Origin: Coleofasciculus sp. B1-GNL1-01
Lineage (GTDB): Bacteria; Cyanobacteriota; Cyanobacteriia; Cyanobacteriales; Coleofasciculaceae
Strand: one strand, 5' to 3'
NCBI GenBank assembly: GCA_040220235.1
Contig: JAVJTO010000053.1
Length of the DNA: 64,000 bases
Shown: in pieces, positions 19,018 through 28,751 of the stretch
Numbering within the stretch: position 1 is the first letter of the stretch
Layout of the letters: each line of letters starts with the position of its first letter
The notes under the pieces: generated by a model
Told to the model about the DNA's origin: nothing
Seen by the model: the letters and a program-made list of their open reading frames with translations, nothing else
Database searches by the model: none
Position numbers and translations under genes: made by a program

Positions 19018-19884
19018 ACAAAAACCTATAACGCCACTGGAATTAATCTAAAAAGTATGCCGCTAGGTGAAGCCGATCGCCTAGTCACGATTTTAACGCC
19101 AGAGTGGGGATTGATTCGGGTAGTGGCACCAGGTTCCCGCAAACAGAACTCGAAATTGGCGGGTAGAATGGGCTTGTTTGTCGTGAATCAGTTACTGATC
19201 TACAAAGGGCGATCGCTTGATAAAATTACTCAAGCTGAAACCTTGGAATCCTATCCGGGATTGGCGAAGGATTTAGGGAAACTAGCAGCTAGTCAGTACC
19301 TAGCGGAATTAGTCTTGTGTCATGCTCTAAGTGAGCAACCCCAAGCCGAATTGTACGCTTTATTTAATGAGCATCTGCGGCGATTGGAACAGTTACCCCC
19401 ATTAAGCAGCAGTTCCTCCGGTACATCCCTCCTTTTGGCACACCTTTGCCAGGGGATTTTTCACCTATTGGCGTTAGCTGGGATTGCGCCGCAAGTGCAA
19501 CAGTGTTGTATCTCTCAGCACCCGATTCAGCCTGATTTTACGGATCAGAATTGGCACGTCGGGTTTAGTGTGGAGGCGGGGGGAACCTATACTTTGGCAG
19601 TAGAGGCATCTCAACCTGAGAATCGGTTCCATCCCGTTACTAACCGTAGTCAGGGAGTGGCTCAATCCCCTTTACCCCGCTTAACCTGTAAACTGAATGC
19701 CGTTGAATTGACAATAGTACAACAACTCGCGGCGGCGGAGTTATCCCAGGCATCCCTAGGCGCGATCGCTCCCCTCTGGGTAAAAGTGGAGCGCATGTTA
19801 CGGGATTATGCCCAGTATCACTTTGGTCGTTCCATTCGTTCAGCTACGTTAGTAGACGCCTTGGCGATGTCTGCCGAATCATAG
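19015..19884 (+). CDS. recO: DNA repair protein RecO
   Basis: [30 protein letters not shown]; deoC-recO synteny. Confidence 0.95.
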   Translation: MTKTYNATGINLKSMPLGEADRLVTILTPEWGLIRVVAPGSRKQNSKLAGRMGLFVVNQLLIYKGRSLDKITQAETLESYPGLAKDLGKLAASQYLAELVLCHALSEQPQAELYALFNEHLRRLEQLPPLSSSSSGTSLLLAHLCQGIFHLLALAGIAPQVQQCCISQHPIQPDFTDQNWHVGFSVEAGGTYTLAVEASQPENRFHPVTNRSQGVAQSPLPRLTCKLNAVELTIVQQLAAAELSQASLGAIAPLWVKVERMLRDYAQYHFGRSIRSATLVDALAMSAES

Positions 19885-19925
19885 ACCCGCCATACATAAT
19901 TTACGGACACCGCGTATCTTTAGAC

Positions 19926-19986
19926 AAGGGCGAGTCGAGACAGGTTAATTCTCACACCGCCATATTTGTGCAGCGACTCGCCCCTA
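19926..19986. repeat. Variant REP doublet (agggcgagtcg...cgactcgcccctac)
   Basis: Inverted arms with a CTAC foot. Confidence 0.7.
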
Positions 19987-20276
19987 CAACCGCACTAATC
20001 CCGAACATCCTGCAAATCATGGCAATCGATTCCCTATAAATAATTTGTGGTCTAATTTAGCATCTGTCCACAAACGAACATAGACGGTTTTTACGGCGAA
20101 AGCCGTCCTCCACGAAGTCAAAAGCCCACACTCTACCTGGATAGAGGTGAACCCTGGGTAGTTCACATGCGATGATAGAGAAAGTGTAGTTTCATACAAA
20201 ACCGATCAAAATACCTGGAGTGGACGATTCACCCATTGGGGTTGATCAGCCACAGCAGCCAACTGAAGAGTAAAGA

Positions 20277-21722
20277 ATGCGATTATCTGAATCTGAATCC
20301 AAACGAGTTAACCAACATCCTGTCCAAAAAAAGTCATCGTCTGCGACTAAGCGCAATTATCGAGAACCTCACCAGCCGCCGCGTCAAACAGAGAACATCC
20401 CAGCGAAAACGGCTGAACCGACTGCTGAAGCAGGCAAACGGGGGTTTGTACCCGTTCTGAAAAATGGTAATTTCTTAACCTTATGGAGTGGTCAGGTTTT
20501 TTCTCAGCTTGCCGATAAAATCTATCTGGTGTTGATGATTGCCTTGATTGCTAGCCACTTTCAGGCGGCGGGAACCAGTATCAGTGGTTGGGTTTCAGCC
20601 TTGATGATTGCCTTCACGATTCCGGCTGTCCTGTTTGGTTCCCTGGCGGGGGTATTCGTGGATCGCTGGTCAAAAAAGGCGGTACTTGTCTCAACGAATC
20701 TGCTGCGAGGTGTCTTGGTTTGGTCAGTTCCGGCGGTGTTATGGCTGACTCAGGATTGGAGTCCCATCTATAAGTTGCCCGTCGGCTTCTATGGCTTGTT
20801 GATTATTACATTCTTGGTGTCCACCTTAACCCAGTTTTTTGCTCCGGCTGAACAAGCGGTTATTCCGTTGATTGTCAAGCGTCATCATTTGCTCTCGGCG
20901 AATTCCCTTTATACCACGACGATGATGGCATCCTTGATTATTGGATTTGCCGTAGGTGATCCGTTATTAGCCTTGACCGATAAATTGGTGGCGCAGTTAG
21001 GGATTGATTGGCAATTTGGCAAGGAATTGGTTGTCGGTGGGGGGTATGCGATCGCGGGATTGTTGCTGCTAGTGCTGAGAACAGGTGAAAACACTGAACC
21101 GACTGAAGGTGAAACTCCTCACGTTTTTGCCGATATCTGGGATGGACTGCTTTATCTCAAACGGCAACGGCGCGTCCGCAATGCCATGATTCAATTAATC
21201 ATTTTATTCTCCATTTTCGCCGCCTTAGCTGTGTTAGCGGTACGACTCGCCGAAACCCTTCCAGGGATGAAAGCCTCCCAATTTGGTTTCTTGTTGGCAA
21301 TGGGTGGTATTGGAATGGCTGCTGGTGCGGCGATTCTGGGGAATTGGGGTCAGCATTTTACCCACAATCGCTTGAGTCTCTATGGATCAATCGGCATGTC
21401 AGCAGCGCTAGTGGGATTATCGGTATTTACTCATAGTCTCTGGATGGCGTTAGGAATGACCGCCCTGTTGGGGATGTGTGGCGCGATGGTAGGGATTCCC
21501 ATGCAAACCACGATTCAAGCCGAAACCCCGGAAGAGATGCGGGGGAAGGTCTTTGGACTGCAAAATAATGGCGTGAATATTGCCCTGAGTCTGCCCTTAG
21601 CCTTAGCGGGTTTAGCCGAAACCTGGCTGGGTTTAACCCCTGTCTTATTCAGTTTAGCCATAATTGCGATCGCGGGAGGGGGCATAAACTGGTATATTTC
21701 CGATACAGGATCAGCGAGGTGA
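20277..21722 (+). CDS. MFS transporter
   Basis: NFLTLWSGQVFSQLADK, GVFVDRW, MRGKVFG; many TM segments. Confidence 0.93.
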   Translation: MRLSESESKRVNQHPVQKKSSSATKRNYREPHQPPRQTENIPAKTAEPTAEAGKRGFVPVLKNGNFLTLWSGQVFSQLADKIYLVLMIALIASHFQAAGTSISGWVSALMIAFTIPAVLFGSLAGVFVDRWSKKAVLVSTNLLRGVLVWSVPAVLWLTQDWSPIYKLPVGFYGLLIITFLVSTLTQFFAPAEQAVIPLIVKRHHLLSANSLYTTTMMASLIIGFAVGDPLLALTDKLVAQLGIDWQFGKELVVGGGYAIAGLLLLVLRTGENTEPTEGETPHVFADIWDGLLYLKRQRRVRNAMIQLIILFSIFAALAVLAVRLAETLPGMKASQFGFLLAMGGIGMAAGAAILGNWGQHFTHNRLSLYGSIGMSAALVGLSVFTHSLWMALGMTALLGMCGAMVGIPMQTTIQAETPEEMRGKVFGLQNNGVNIALSLPLALAGLAETWLGLTPVLFSLAIIAIAGGGINWYISDTGSAR

Positions 21723-21760
21723 ACCCACGCTGACCAATAGAGACTCACGATTCAACTTGA

Positions 21761-22924
21761 ATGCATATCGCCTGGATCGGAAAAAAATCACCCTTTTGTG
21801 GCAATGTTACTTATGGTCGAGAAGTGACAAATGCTTTACTAGACCGAGGATACCAAGTTAGTTTTCTCCATTTCGCCCAAGAGGAAACCGCCGCAGATCC
21901 CCTGTGTTTGGGTTGTCAGGAGGTCTCCCTCCCTTGTTTGTACAAGTCCCAAGTTTATACAATTCCCTCACCCAAAGCGAGTAAGGTTTTAAAACAGGCT
22001 TTACAGCAACTGCGCCCGGATTTAGTCCATGCGTCTCTTACTTTGTCTCCCTTAGATTTTCTGCTTCCAGAAATCTGTGAAGACCTGAATTTACCCCTGG
22101 TTGCCACATTTCATCCCCCCTTTGATGGCAAACGCCGCAATTTAAAGTCGGGTACCCAACTGGTTGCTTATCAACTCTATGCCCCGTTTTTGGCACATTA
22201 TGATCGCGTAATTATCTTTTCTCAACTGCAACGGGATTTGCTGGTGCGTTTGGGAGTTCCTCGCCATAAACTCGCCGTAATTCCCAATGGAGTTGATGTG
22301 CAGAAATATGCTCCTGGCACATCGAGTTTGAAATTAAAATTTGATGCCCAACGTCTTTTTGTTTATCAAGGTCGCATTGCTACAGAAAAAAATGTAGAGG
22401 CGTTACTCAAGGCGTGGAAACAGTCGGAAATGGGCGATTGCTGTAAGCTTTTGATTGTCGGGAATGGACCTCTGGTTCCCACGTTAAGACCTTTTTATGA
22501 TAGATACGATGGGATTCTCTGGTTAGGATTTGTGGCAGATGAACAGCAGCGGATTGAGATTCTGCAAGCCGCCGATGTATTTATTTTGCCGTCGTTATTA
22601 GAAGGACTCTCCTTATCATTACTCGAAGCCATGGCTTGTGGTTTGGCTTGTGTCGCCACCGATGCGGGGGCGGATGGTGAGGTTTTAGAAGGTGGTGCGG
22701 GTATTATTCTTAATACCCATCGGGTCACGTCTCAATTGAATACGCTATTGCCCTTGTTACGAGATCATACGGAATGGACAACGCTTCTGGGTCAAAAAGC
22801 TAGAGCTAGAGTTTTAGAACGCTATACCCTGAGTGGGAATATTAGTCAATTAGAAATTTTATATAAAGAGGTGTTGAAAGGGACTCAGACTTGTGCGCCC
22901 CACACAAGTACCTCATCGTTATAA
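21761..22924 (+). CDS. dgdA: GT4 glycosyltransferase, probable cyanobacterial DGDG synthase
   Basis: MHIAWIGKKSPFCGNVTYGREV N-terminus recalled as typical of cyanobacterial DgdA; GT4 motif EGLSLSLLEAMACG. The family is secure; the gene name is less so. Confidence 0.7.
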   Translation: MHIAWIGKKSPFCGNVTYGREVTNALLDRGYQVSFLHFAQEETAADPLCLGCQEVSLPCLYKSQVYTIPSPKASKVLKQALQQLRPDLVHASLTLSPLDFLLPEICEDLNLPLVATFHPPFDGKRRNLKSGTQLVAYQLYAPFLAHYDRVIIFSQLQRDLLVRLGVPRHKLAVIPNGVDVQKYAPGTSSLKLKFDAQRLFVYQGRIATEKNVEALLKAWKQSEMGDCCKLLIVGNGPLVPTLRPFYDRYDGILWLGFVADEQQRIEILQAADVFILPSLLEGLSLSLLEAMACGLACVATDAGADGEVLEGGAGIILNTHRVTSQLNTLLPLLRDHTEWTTLLGQKARARVLERYTLSGNISQLEILYKEVLKGTQTCAPHTSTSSL

Positions 22925-22955
22925 GCAATGCCAATGCGGGAGAGGGGGAGGGCAG

Positions 22956-23160
22956 AGGGAGCTGGGGGGCAGAGGGAGCTGGGGGAGCTGGGGGAGCTGG
23001 GGGAGCAGAGGGAGATGAGGGAGATGAGGGAGATGAGGGAGATGAGGGAGATGAGGGAGATAGGGAAGTTAACTCAAAATGCTTACCTGTTCCCTGTTCC
23101 CTTACGAATGACCAATGACCAATGACCAATGACCAATGACCAATGACCAATGACAAATGA
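22956..23160. repeat. 9-mer arrays (ggggagctg / gggagatga) and (atgacca)n STRR
   Basis: Direct tandem copies. Confidence 0.95.
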
Positions 23161-23335
23161 CCTAAATCACTCTGTTGGATGAGTCCAATGGGTGATGTTG
23201 AAGTCGTTACTCTTGTCATATCGTAAAGAAAGGTTACATTTCCCTTATCTGCCAGACGTATCGTGGCACGTCTCTACATCAATTCCCTATTTCTCCCAGC
23301 TTCCCCCACCAACCGCCTGGTCAAGATTGCGCTAC

Positions 23336-23363
23336 AATGTAAAGTAGTGTTAAGTAAAGTAAC
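23336..23363 (-). promoter_or_regulatory. Putative HLR1-like (RpaB) direct-repeat site
   Basis: Minus strand gttacttt-ac-ttaacact-ac-tttacatt: three octamers with 10-bp period resembling (G/T)TTACA(T/A)(T/A). Confidence 0.4.
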
Positions 23364-23426
23364 CAGATATTCATCAACTTAATCTTTACAAAACTAGCGA
23401 CCTCGATCCGTCCAAGAGGAATAACA

Positions 23427-24926
23427 GTGACTCAGACAGCACCAAATCCCAAGAAAAGCCAGTTAAATCGTTCTCCTATCGCCAAGCCTGCCGAACTCAA
23501 ACAGGATGTCGATATCGTCTTCTATCTACCTGAAGCAGAACCCGACACTTATGAACAGGATGCAGGTTCCTCTTCCCTACCTGGAACTGAGAACGCCCAA
23601 AAAGGCTGGCTATCTGGCGGGAAAGGGCTGTTTTTAGGCATCGGGATTGGTGTCCTCTTAGCGTTAGGGGCGACGCGCTTAGTCTCGTCTCAACAAGCAG
23701 ACGCCCCAACCGCAGCCCCCCCTGTCGCCACATCATCTGCCCCTAGTCAAAGCGTAACTGTAGCCCAAGTGACATCCGAGAGTGTCAACCGCCGCTTAGA
23801 CGCCACTGGAAGTGTCGCCGCTTTTGAAATGAGTCCCGTCCTGTCTCAGGCGACAGGGTTGCAGATTCAACAGGTGTTGGTGGAAGAAGGACAAGTTGTC
23901 AAAACTGGACAATTGTTAGCCCGCCTCGATGATTCGGTACTCCAGGCACAATTAAGTCAAGCCCAAGCCTCCGTCGCCCAAGCAGAAGCCCGCCTCGCGG
24001 AACTCCGGGCGGGTTCCCGTAGCGAAGAAATTGCCCGGGCTAAAGAAGCGGTGAGAAGCGCTGAATCTGCTGTTGCAGCCGCTGAGTCAGACTTAGAATT
24101 AGCCAGAACCCGGGTCGATCGCAATAAAATACTCCAAGCTGAAGGGGCGATTGCCCGCGATCGCTTAGATGAAGTCTACAATCAAGAACGCAGTAGCCGT
24201 TCCCAACTAGAACAAGCACAAGCCCGGTTACGAGAAGCCAACCAGCAACTTGCCCAACTTCAGGCTGGACCTAGGCGGGAAGTGATTACTCAAGCCGAAG
24301 CCCAACTCGCCCAGGCACAGGCACAGGTACAATCCACGATGGCACAACTCAACAACACCCGCATCGTGGCTCCTGTGAGTGGTAAAATAGCCGAACGCAA
24401 TGCCCGTGTGGGAGATGTCACCTCTGGTTCCCAAACTCTATTCAAAATCATCGAAAATGGACGTTTAGAACTGATTGCCACTGTTCCTGAAACCCAACTT
24501 CCCCAAATTAAACCGGGACAATCGGTAACGATTACCTCTGACGCAGATAGTAGTTTACAACTGTCGGGTAAAGTTCGGGAAATTGACCCGATGATTGATG
24601 AAGCCTCCCGTCAGGCGCAGGTGAAGATCGATTTACCTGCCTCAGCATCATTAAAACCGGGTATGTTTTTACGGGCGTCGATTACCACCTCAGCCGCCCA
24701 AGGGTTAACGTTACCTGCCAAAGCTATTTTGCCTCAAAGTGACGGTAGTGCGATCGCCTATATAGTGCAACCCGATAATACGGTTAAAGCCCAGTCTGTA
24801 GAGGTGGGTGAACTTCTGAGTGATAATCAGGTGGAAATTAAAAGTGGGTTGTCTGTAGGCGATCGCGTGGTGGTTAAGGGTGCCGCTTATTTAAAAGATG
24901 GTGATCAGGTTGATGTTGTTAATTAG
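23427..24926 (+). CDS. RND efflux periplasmic adaptor (membrane fusion protein)
   Basis: TM segment, VEEGQVVKTGQLLARLD, coiled hairpin, IVAPVSG, LKPGMF. Confidence 0.93.
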   Translation: MTQTAPNPKKSQLNRSPIAKPAELKQDVDIVFYLPEAEPDTYEQDAGSSSLPGTENAQKGWLSGGKGLFLGIGIGVLLALGATRLVSSQQADAPTAAPPVATSSAPSQSVTVAQVTSESVNRRLDATGSVAAFEMSPVLSQATGLQIQQVLVEEGQVVKTGQLLARLDDSVLQAQLSQAQASVAQAEARLAELRAGSRSEEIARAKEAVRSAESAVAAAESDLELARTRVDRNKILQAEGAIARDRLDEVYNQERSSRSQLEQAQARLREANQQLAQLQAGPRREVITQAEAQLAQAQAQVQSTMAQLNNTRIVAPVSGKIAERNARVGDVTSGSQTLFKIIENGRLELIATVPETQLPQIKPGQSVTITSDADSSLQLSGKVREIDPMIDEASRQAQVKIDLPASASLKPGMFLRASITTSAAQGLTLPAKAILPQSDGSAIAYIVQPDNTVKAQSVEVGELLSDNQVEIKSGLSVGDRVVVKGAAYLKDGDQVDVVN

Positions 24927-24949
24927 TGTAAGTTGTAGGGGATAATGTT

Positions 24950-25113
24950 TCAAATGTGCCATGGTACGTTTGGAATCAAGGCTGTAGGGGCGGGTTTTAC
25001 GGATAACGTTTGGCAGGGAACTTTTAACTTAACTAAACCCGCCCTTGATGCTAAACGGCGCTAATACAGTCAGGAACTCCACGGCTAAGAGACGCGCCAT
25101 GGCGCGTCTCTAC
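24950..25113. repeat. REP hairpins and a REP doublet (24984-25045)
   Basis: gtaggggcgggttt...aaacccgccct; agagacgcgccatggcgcgtctctac. Confidence 0.8.
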
Positions 25114-25140
25114 AAATATCGCAGTTTTGTACATGGGAAG

Positions 25141-25512
25141 ATGAATAGTCAGAGTTATCTGGATTTGCCCGTCTATCAGTTAGCCTTCAATGCAGCGATG
25201 CAAATTTTTGAGATAAGCAAAACATTTCCCGCCGACGAACAATTTTCATTAACGGATAATATCCGCCGTTCCTCACGTTCTGTCTGTGCCAATCTAGCAC
25301 AAGCTTGGTGCAAACGACGTTATGAAGACGAATTTGTTGTTAAGTTGAATGACTTGGAAGCCGAAGTGTCTGAAACTCAGACATTACTTGATTTTGCGGT
25401 AAAATGTGGTTATATAAATCCAGAAATTAATCGAGACATTAATCAAAGTTATAAGCAAATTTTGGAAGCGTTGGTGAATATGATTAAGAATCCATCTCTC
25501 TGGCTGATGTGA
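25141..25512 (+). CDS. Four-helix bundle protein (23S rRNA-IVP / Avd-like family)
   Basis: DLPVYQLA, FPADEQFSLTDNIRRSSRSVCANLAQAW, EVSETQ; ATG at 25141 (the upstream extension is REP DNA). Confidence 0.9.
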   Translation: MNSQSYLDLPVYQLAFNAAMQIFEISKTFPADEQFSLTDNIRRSSRSVCANLAQAWCKRRYEDEFVVKLNDLEAEVSETQTLLDFAVKCGYINPEINRDINQSYKQILEALVNMIKNPSLWLM

Positions 25513-25561
25513 TACTAACGTTAGATCGGCGCTAAAGCGCAACTACGTACAAACGAAGTTT

Positions 25562-28500
25562 ATGTCTTTTAACCTATCCGCTTGGTCAATTAAAAAACCT
25601 GTTCCGACGATTGTTTTATTCCTAATTTTGGGTATCTTTGGTTTGGTGTCCTTTTTTCGCTTAGGAATTGACAGTAATCCGAATATCGATATTCCCGCCG
25701 TGATGGTGACGGTTACCCAAGCCGGTGCGGGACCCACAGAATTAGAAACTCAAGTCACTAAGAAAATAGAAGATTCGGTGGCGGGGTTAGGAAATATTGA
25801 TGAACTCACCTCCACTGTCACGGAAGGGAGTTCCACCACTACCGTTAGTTTTGTCCTGGGAACGGATAGCGATCGCGCGACGAATGATGTGCGGAATGCG
25901 GTTGCCCAAATTCGTCAGGATTTACCCCAAGATGTGAATGAACCGATTGTCAAGCGCCTAGAGTTTGCGGGCGGTTCGGTTATGACATACTCGGTGGCGT
26001 CTGAGACGCGATCGGTGGAAGAATTAAGTGATTTAGTCGATCGCACGATTAGCCGCGCCCTGCTGAATGTACCCGGAGTGGCGCAAATTGACCGTTTGGG
26101 GGGTGTGGATCGGGAAATTCGGGTTGATCTTGATCCGAGTCGCTTGCAAGCTTATGGGATTACCGCCACCCAAGTCAATGATCAAATTCGCAATTTGAAT
26201 ATTGACTTACCCGGAGGGCGGGGAAATGTCGGCGGAAGTGAGCAAAATATTCGGACTCTGGGAAGTGCAGAAACGGTTGCGGAATTACGAAGTTATCGGA
26301 TTGTTCTCCCCAATGGCGCGACGGTTCCCTTATCTAGTTTAGGGGAGGTTGAAGATAGTTTTGCCGAACAGCGACAGGCGGCGTCGTTGAATGGGGAATC
26401 CGTGGTGGCTTTTTCAGTGCGGCGGAGTACGGGTAGCACCTTAGTCACCGTGGAAGAAGGGGTGCGTGAAGCTGTTTCAGAATTGGAAAAAACCCTACCA
26501 GACGATGTAAGTCTGGAACTGATTTTCACCCGTGCCGATGCGATTCGGGATTCCTATCAAGCCACGATTGATGCCTTAATTTTAGCCTGTATTTTAACAG
26601 TGATTGCCGTCGGTTTGTTTTTGCGGGATTGGCGAGTCACACTGATTACGGCTACAGCGTTACCCCTGTCAATTATTCCCACATTTGGGGTGATGAAACT
26701 GTTGGGGTACACCTTAAACGGGATGACATTATTGGCATTAGCCTTAGCCGTGGGGAACTTGGTTGATGATGCGATTTGTATGATTGAAAACATCGACCAA
26801 CATTTAGATATGGGCAAAAAGCCCTTTAACGCTGCATTGGATGCTTCACGGGAAATTGGTTTGGCGGTGGTGGCGACAACTGCCACGATTGTGGCGGTGT
26901 TTCTTCCGGTGGCATTTATGGGGGGTGTACCAGGTCAGTTTTTCCAACCCTTTGGGGTTACGGTGGCGGTGTCTACGATGTTTTCTACATTGGTGGCTTG
27001 TACGATGACACCGATGTTGAGTGCCTATTTGCTGAAATCGAAAGGGAATAGGGAACAGAGAACCCTTTCAGGGCAGGCAGGGAACGGGGAACAGGGACTT
27101 AGAAAAAAACGAATTCACCCTTACCGCAATCTACTCACTTGGGCATTACGTCATCGGATTACAACCTTATTAATTGCGGTTGCTTTCTTTATCGGTAGTT
27201 TACAACTGGTGCCGTTAATTCCCAAGGGGTTATTTGATAGTGGGGATACGGGGTTGAGTACAGTGATGGTTGAACTTCCCCCTGGATCAACCTTGAGTGA
27301 AACTGAAGCGATTATGCAACAACTCAACCAGTCGTTGCAAGAAAATCAGGCGGTTGAGAAGGTTTTTACGACGGCGGATCAGATCAATTCGGGTACAGTC
27401 TACGCCAACCTGGTACCTAAAGATGAACGCGAGGTTTCCCAGCAGGAATTTGAACAACAAATGCGCCAGGTGTTCCAAACCATTCCGGGGGCGCGGATTA
27501 GTTTCCAAAGTCAAGGTGCTGGGGGAGGAGGAAAGGATTTATCCATTGTTCTCAAGAGTGAAAATGCCCCAGCGCTGACGCAAACGGCGGAAACGTTGGA
27601 AAAGCAGATGCGCGATATTCCGGGATTGGTGGAAGTCACTTCCAGTACCAGTTTAGTTAAGCCGGAAATTGTGATTCAGCCTGATCCAGAACGGGCGGCA
27701 GATTTGGGGGTGTCTGTGGGTGCGATCGCCCGAACGGCATCGTTAGCGTTAATTGGCGATAATGAGTCGAATCTGGCAAAGTTTGATTTAGCGGATCGGC
27801 AGATTCCAATTCGGGTACAACTTGATCCAGAAACTCGCGCCGATATTAGTACGCTGAAAAATTTACAGGTTCCCAGTCAAACCGGGAATTTGGTTCCGAT
27901 TAGTGCCGTTGCTGATATTCGTTTAGGAAGTGGTCCAGCGCAAATTGACCGTTTTGATCGCAATCGTCAGGTATCGGTGGAAGCGAATTTAGAGGGGATT
28001 TCTCTAGGCGATGCGTTAGAAAAGGTGAAAGCATTACCAGCGATGAATCCCCTCCCGCCCGATGTGGCTGAGGAACCGGCTGGTGATGCCAAGATTATGC
28101 AGGATATTTTTACCCGATTTGCGACAGCATTAGGGGCGGCGATTCTCTCGATTTATGCGATTCTGGTGTTGCTGTATAGCAATTTCTTGTATCCATTTGG
28201 GATTTTAGTCGCCCTACCGTTATCGATTGGTGGGGCGTTACTGGGGTTGTTAGTCACGCAGAAAGAGTTGGGCTTGTTTGCCTTAATTGGGATTGTACTG
28301 CTGATGGGATTGGTGACTAAAAATGCAATTTTATTAGTAGACTTTGCTTTGGCGGGGATAAAAGAAGGAAAACCCCAATTTAAGGCAGTTGTTGAGGCGG
28401 GGGTGTCTCGGTTACGCCCAATTTTGATGACCTCAGTGTCTACGATCGCGGGGATGATGCCCATCGCCTTAGAATTAGGTGCAGATGGTGAAGTACGCAG

Positions 28501-28648
28501 TCCCATGGCGATCGCGGTAATTGGTGGGTTTACGACTTCAACCTTGTTAACCTTGGTGGTGGTTCCCGTGTTATTTACTTATGTGGATAACTTATATCGC
28601 TGGATTCGCGGATTATTTGGGGGAAAGAAAAAGCCGGTTCAGTTATAA
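25562..28648 (+). CDS. RND efflux permease (AcrB/D/F family)
   Basis: LAVGNLVDDAI, GLVTKNAILL, RLRPILMT. Confidence 0.97.
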   Translation: MSFNLSAWSIKKPVPTIVLFLILGIFGLVSFFRLGIDSNPNIDIPAVMVTVTQAGAGPTELETQVTKKIEDSVAGLGNIDELTSTVTEGSSTTTVSFVLGTDSDRATNDVRNAVAQIRQDLPQDVNEPIVKRLEFAGGSVMTYSVASETRSVEELSDLVDRTISRALLNVPGVAQIDRLGGVDREIRVDLDPSRLQAYGITATQVNDQIRNLNIDLPGGRGNVGGSEQNIRTLGSAETVAELRSYRIVLPNGATVPLSSLGEVEDSFAEQRQAASLNGESVVAFSVRRSTGSTLVTVEEGVREAVSELEKTLPDDVSLELIFTRADAIRDSYQATIDALILACILTVIAVGLFLRDWRVTLITATALPLSIIPTFGVMKLLGYTLNGMTLLALALAVGNLVDDAICMIENIDQHLDMGKKPFNAALDASREIGLAVVATTATIVAVFLPVAFMGGVPGQFFQPFGVTVAVSTMFSTLVACTMTPMLSAYLLKSKGNREQRTLSGQAGNGEQGLRKKRIHPYRNLLTWALRHRITTLLIAVAFFIGSLQLVPLIPKGLFDSGDTGLSTVMVELPPGSTLSETEAIMQQLNQSLQENQAVEKVFTTADQINSGTVYANLVPKDEREVSQQEFEQQMRQVFQTIPGARISFQSQGAGGGGKDLSIVLKSENAPALTQTAETLEKQMRDIPGLVEVTSSTSLVKPEIVIQPDPERAADLGVSVGAIARTASLALIGDNESNLAKFDLADRQIPIRVQLDPETRADISTLKNLQVPSQTGNLVPISAVADIRLGSGPAQIDRFDRNRQVSVEANLEGISLGDALEKVKALPAMNPLPPDVAEEPAGDAKIMQDIFTRFATALGAAILSIYAILVLLYSNFLYPFGILVALPLSIGGALLGLLVTQKELGLFALIGIVLLMGLVTKNAILLVDFALAGIKEGKPQFKAVVEAGVSRLRPILMTSVSTIAGMMPIALELGADGEVRSPMAIAVIGGFTTSTLLTLVVVPVLFTYVDNLYRWIRGLFGGKKKPVQL

Positions 28649-28751
28649 CTAGGGGCTGCTGAATAAGTGTTGTGGTGGGAATAGGCAATGGGCAATAGGC
28701 AATGGGCAATAGGGACTAGGCAATGGGCAATGGTTTCGAGTCCCTGTTGAG

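Noticed and set aside
22842..23219. ORFs 22842-23219, 22891-23118 and 22928-23125
   Set aside because: They are translations of 9-mer and 7-mer repeat arrays.
25141..25512. Diversity-generating retroelement suggested by the Avd-like gene
   Set aside because: No reverse transcriptase and no template/variable repeat pair nearby. The duplications in the giant gene are in-frame domain repeats.
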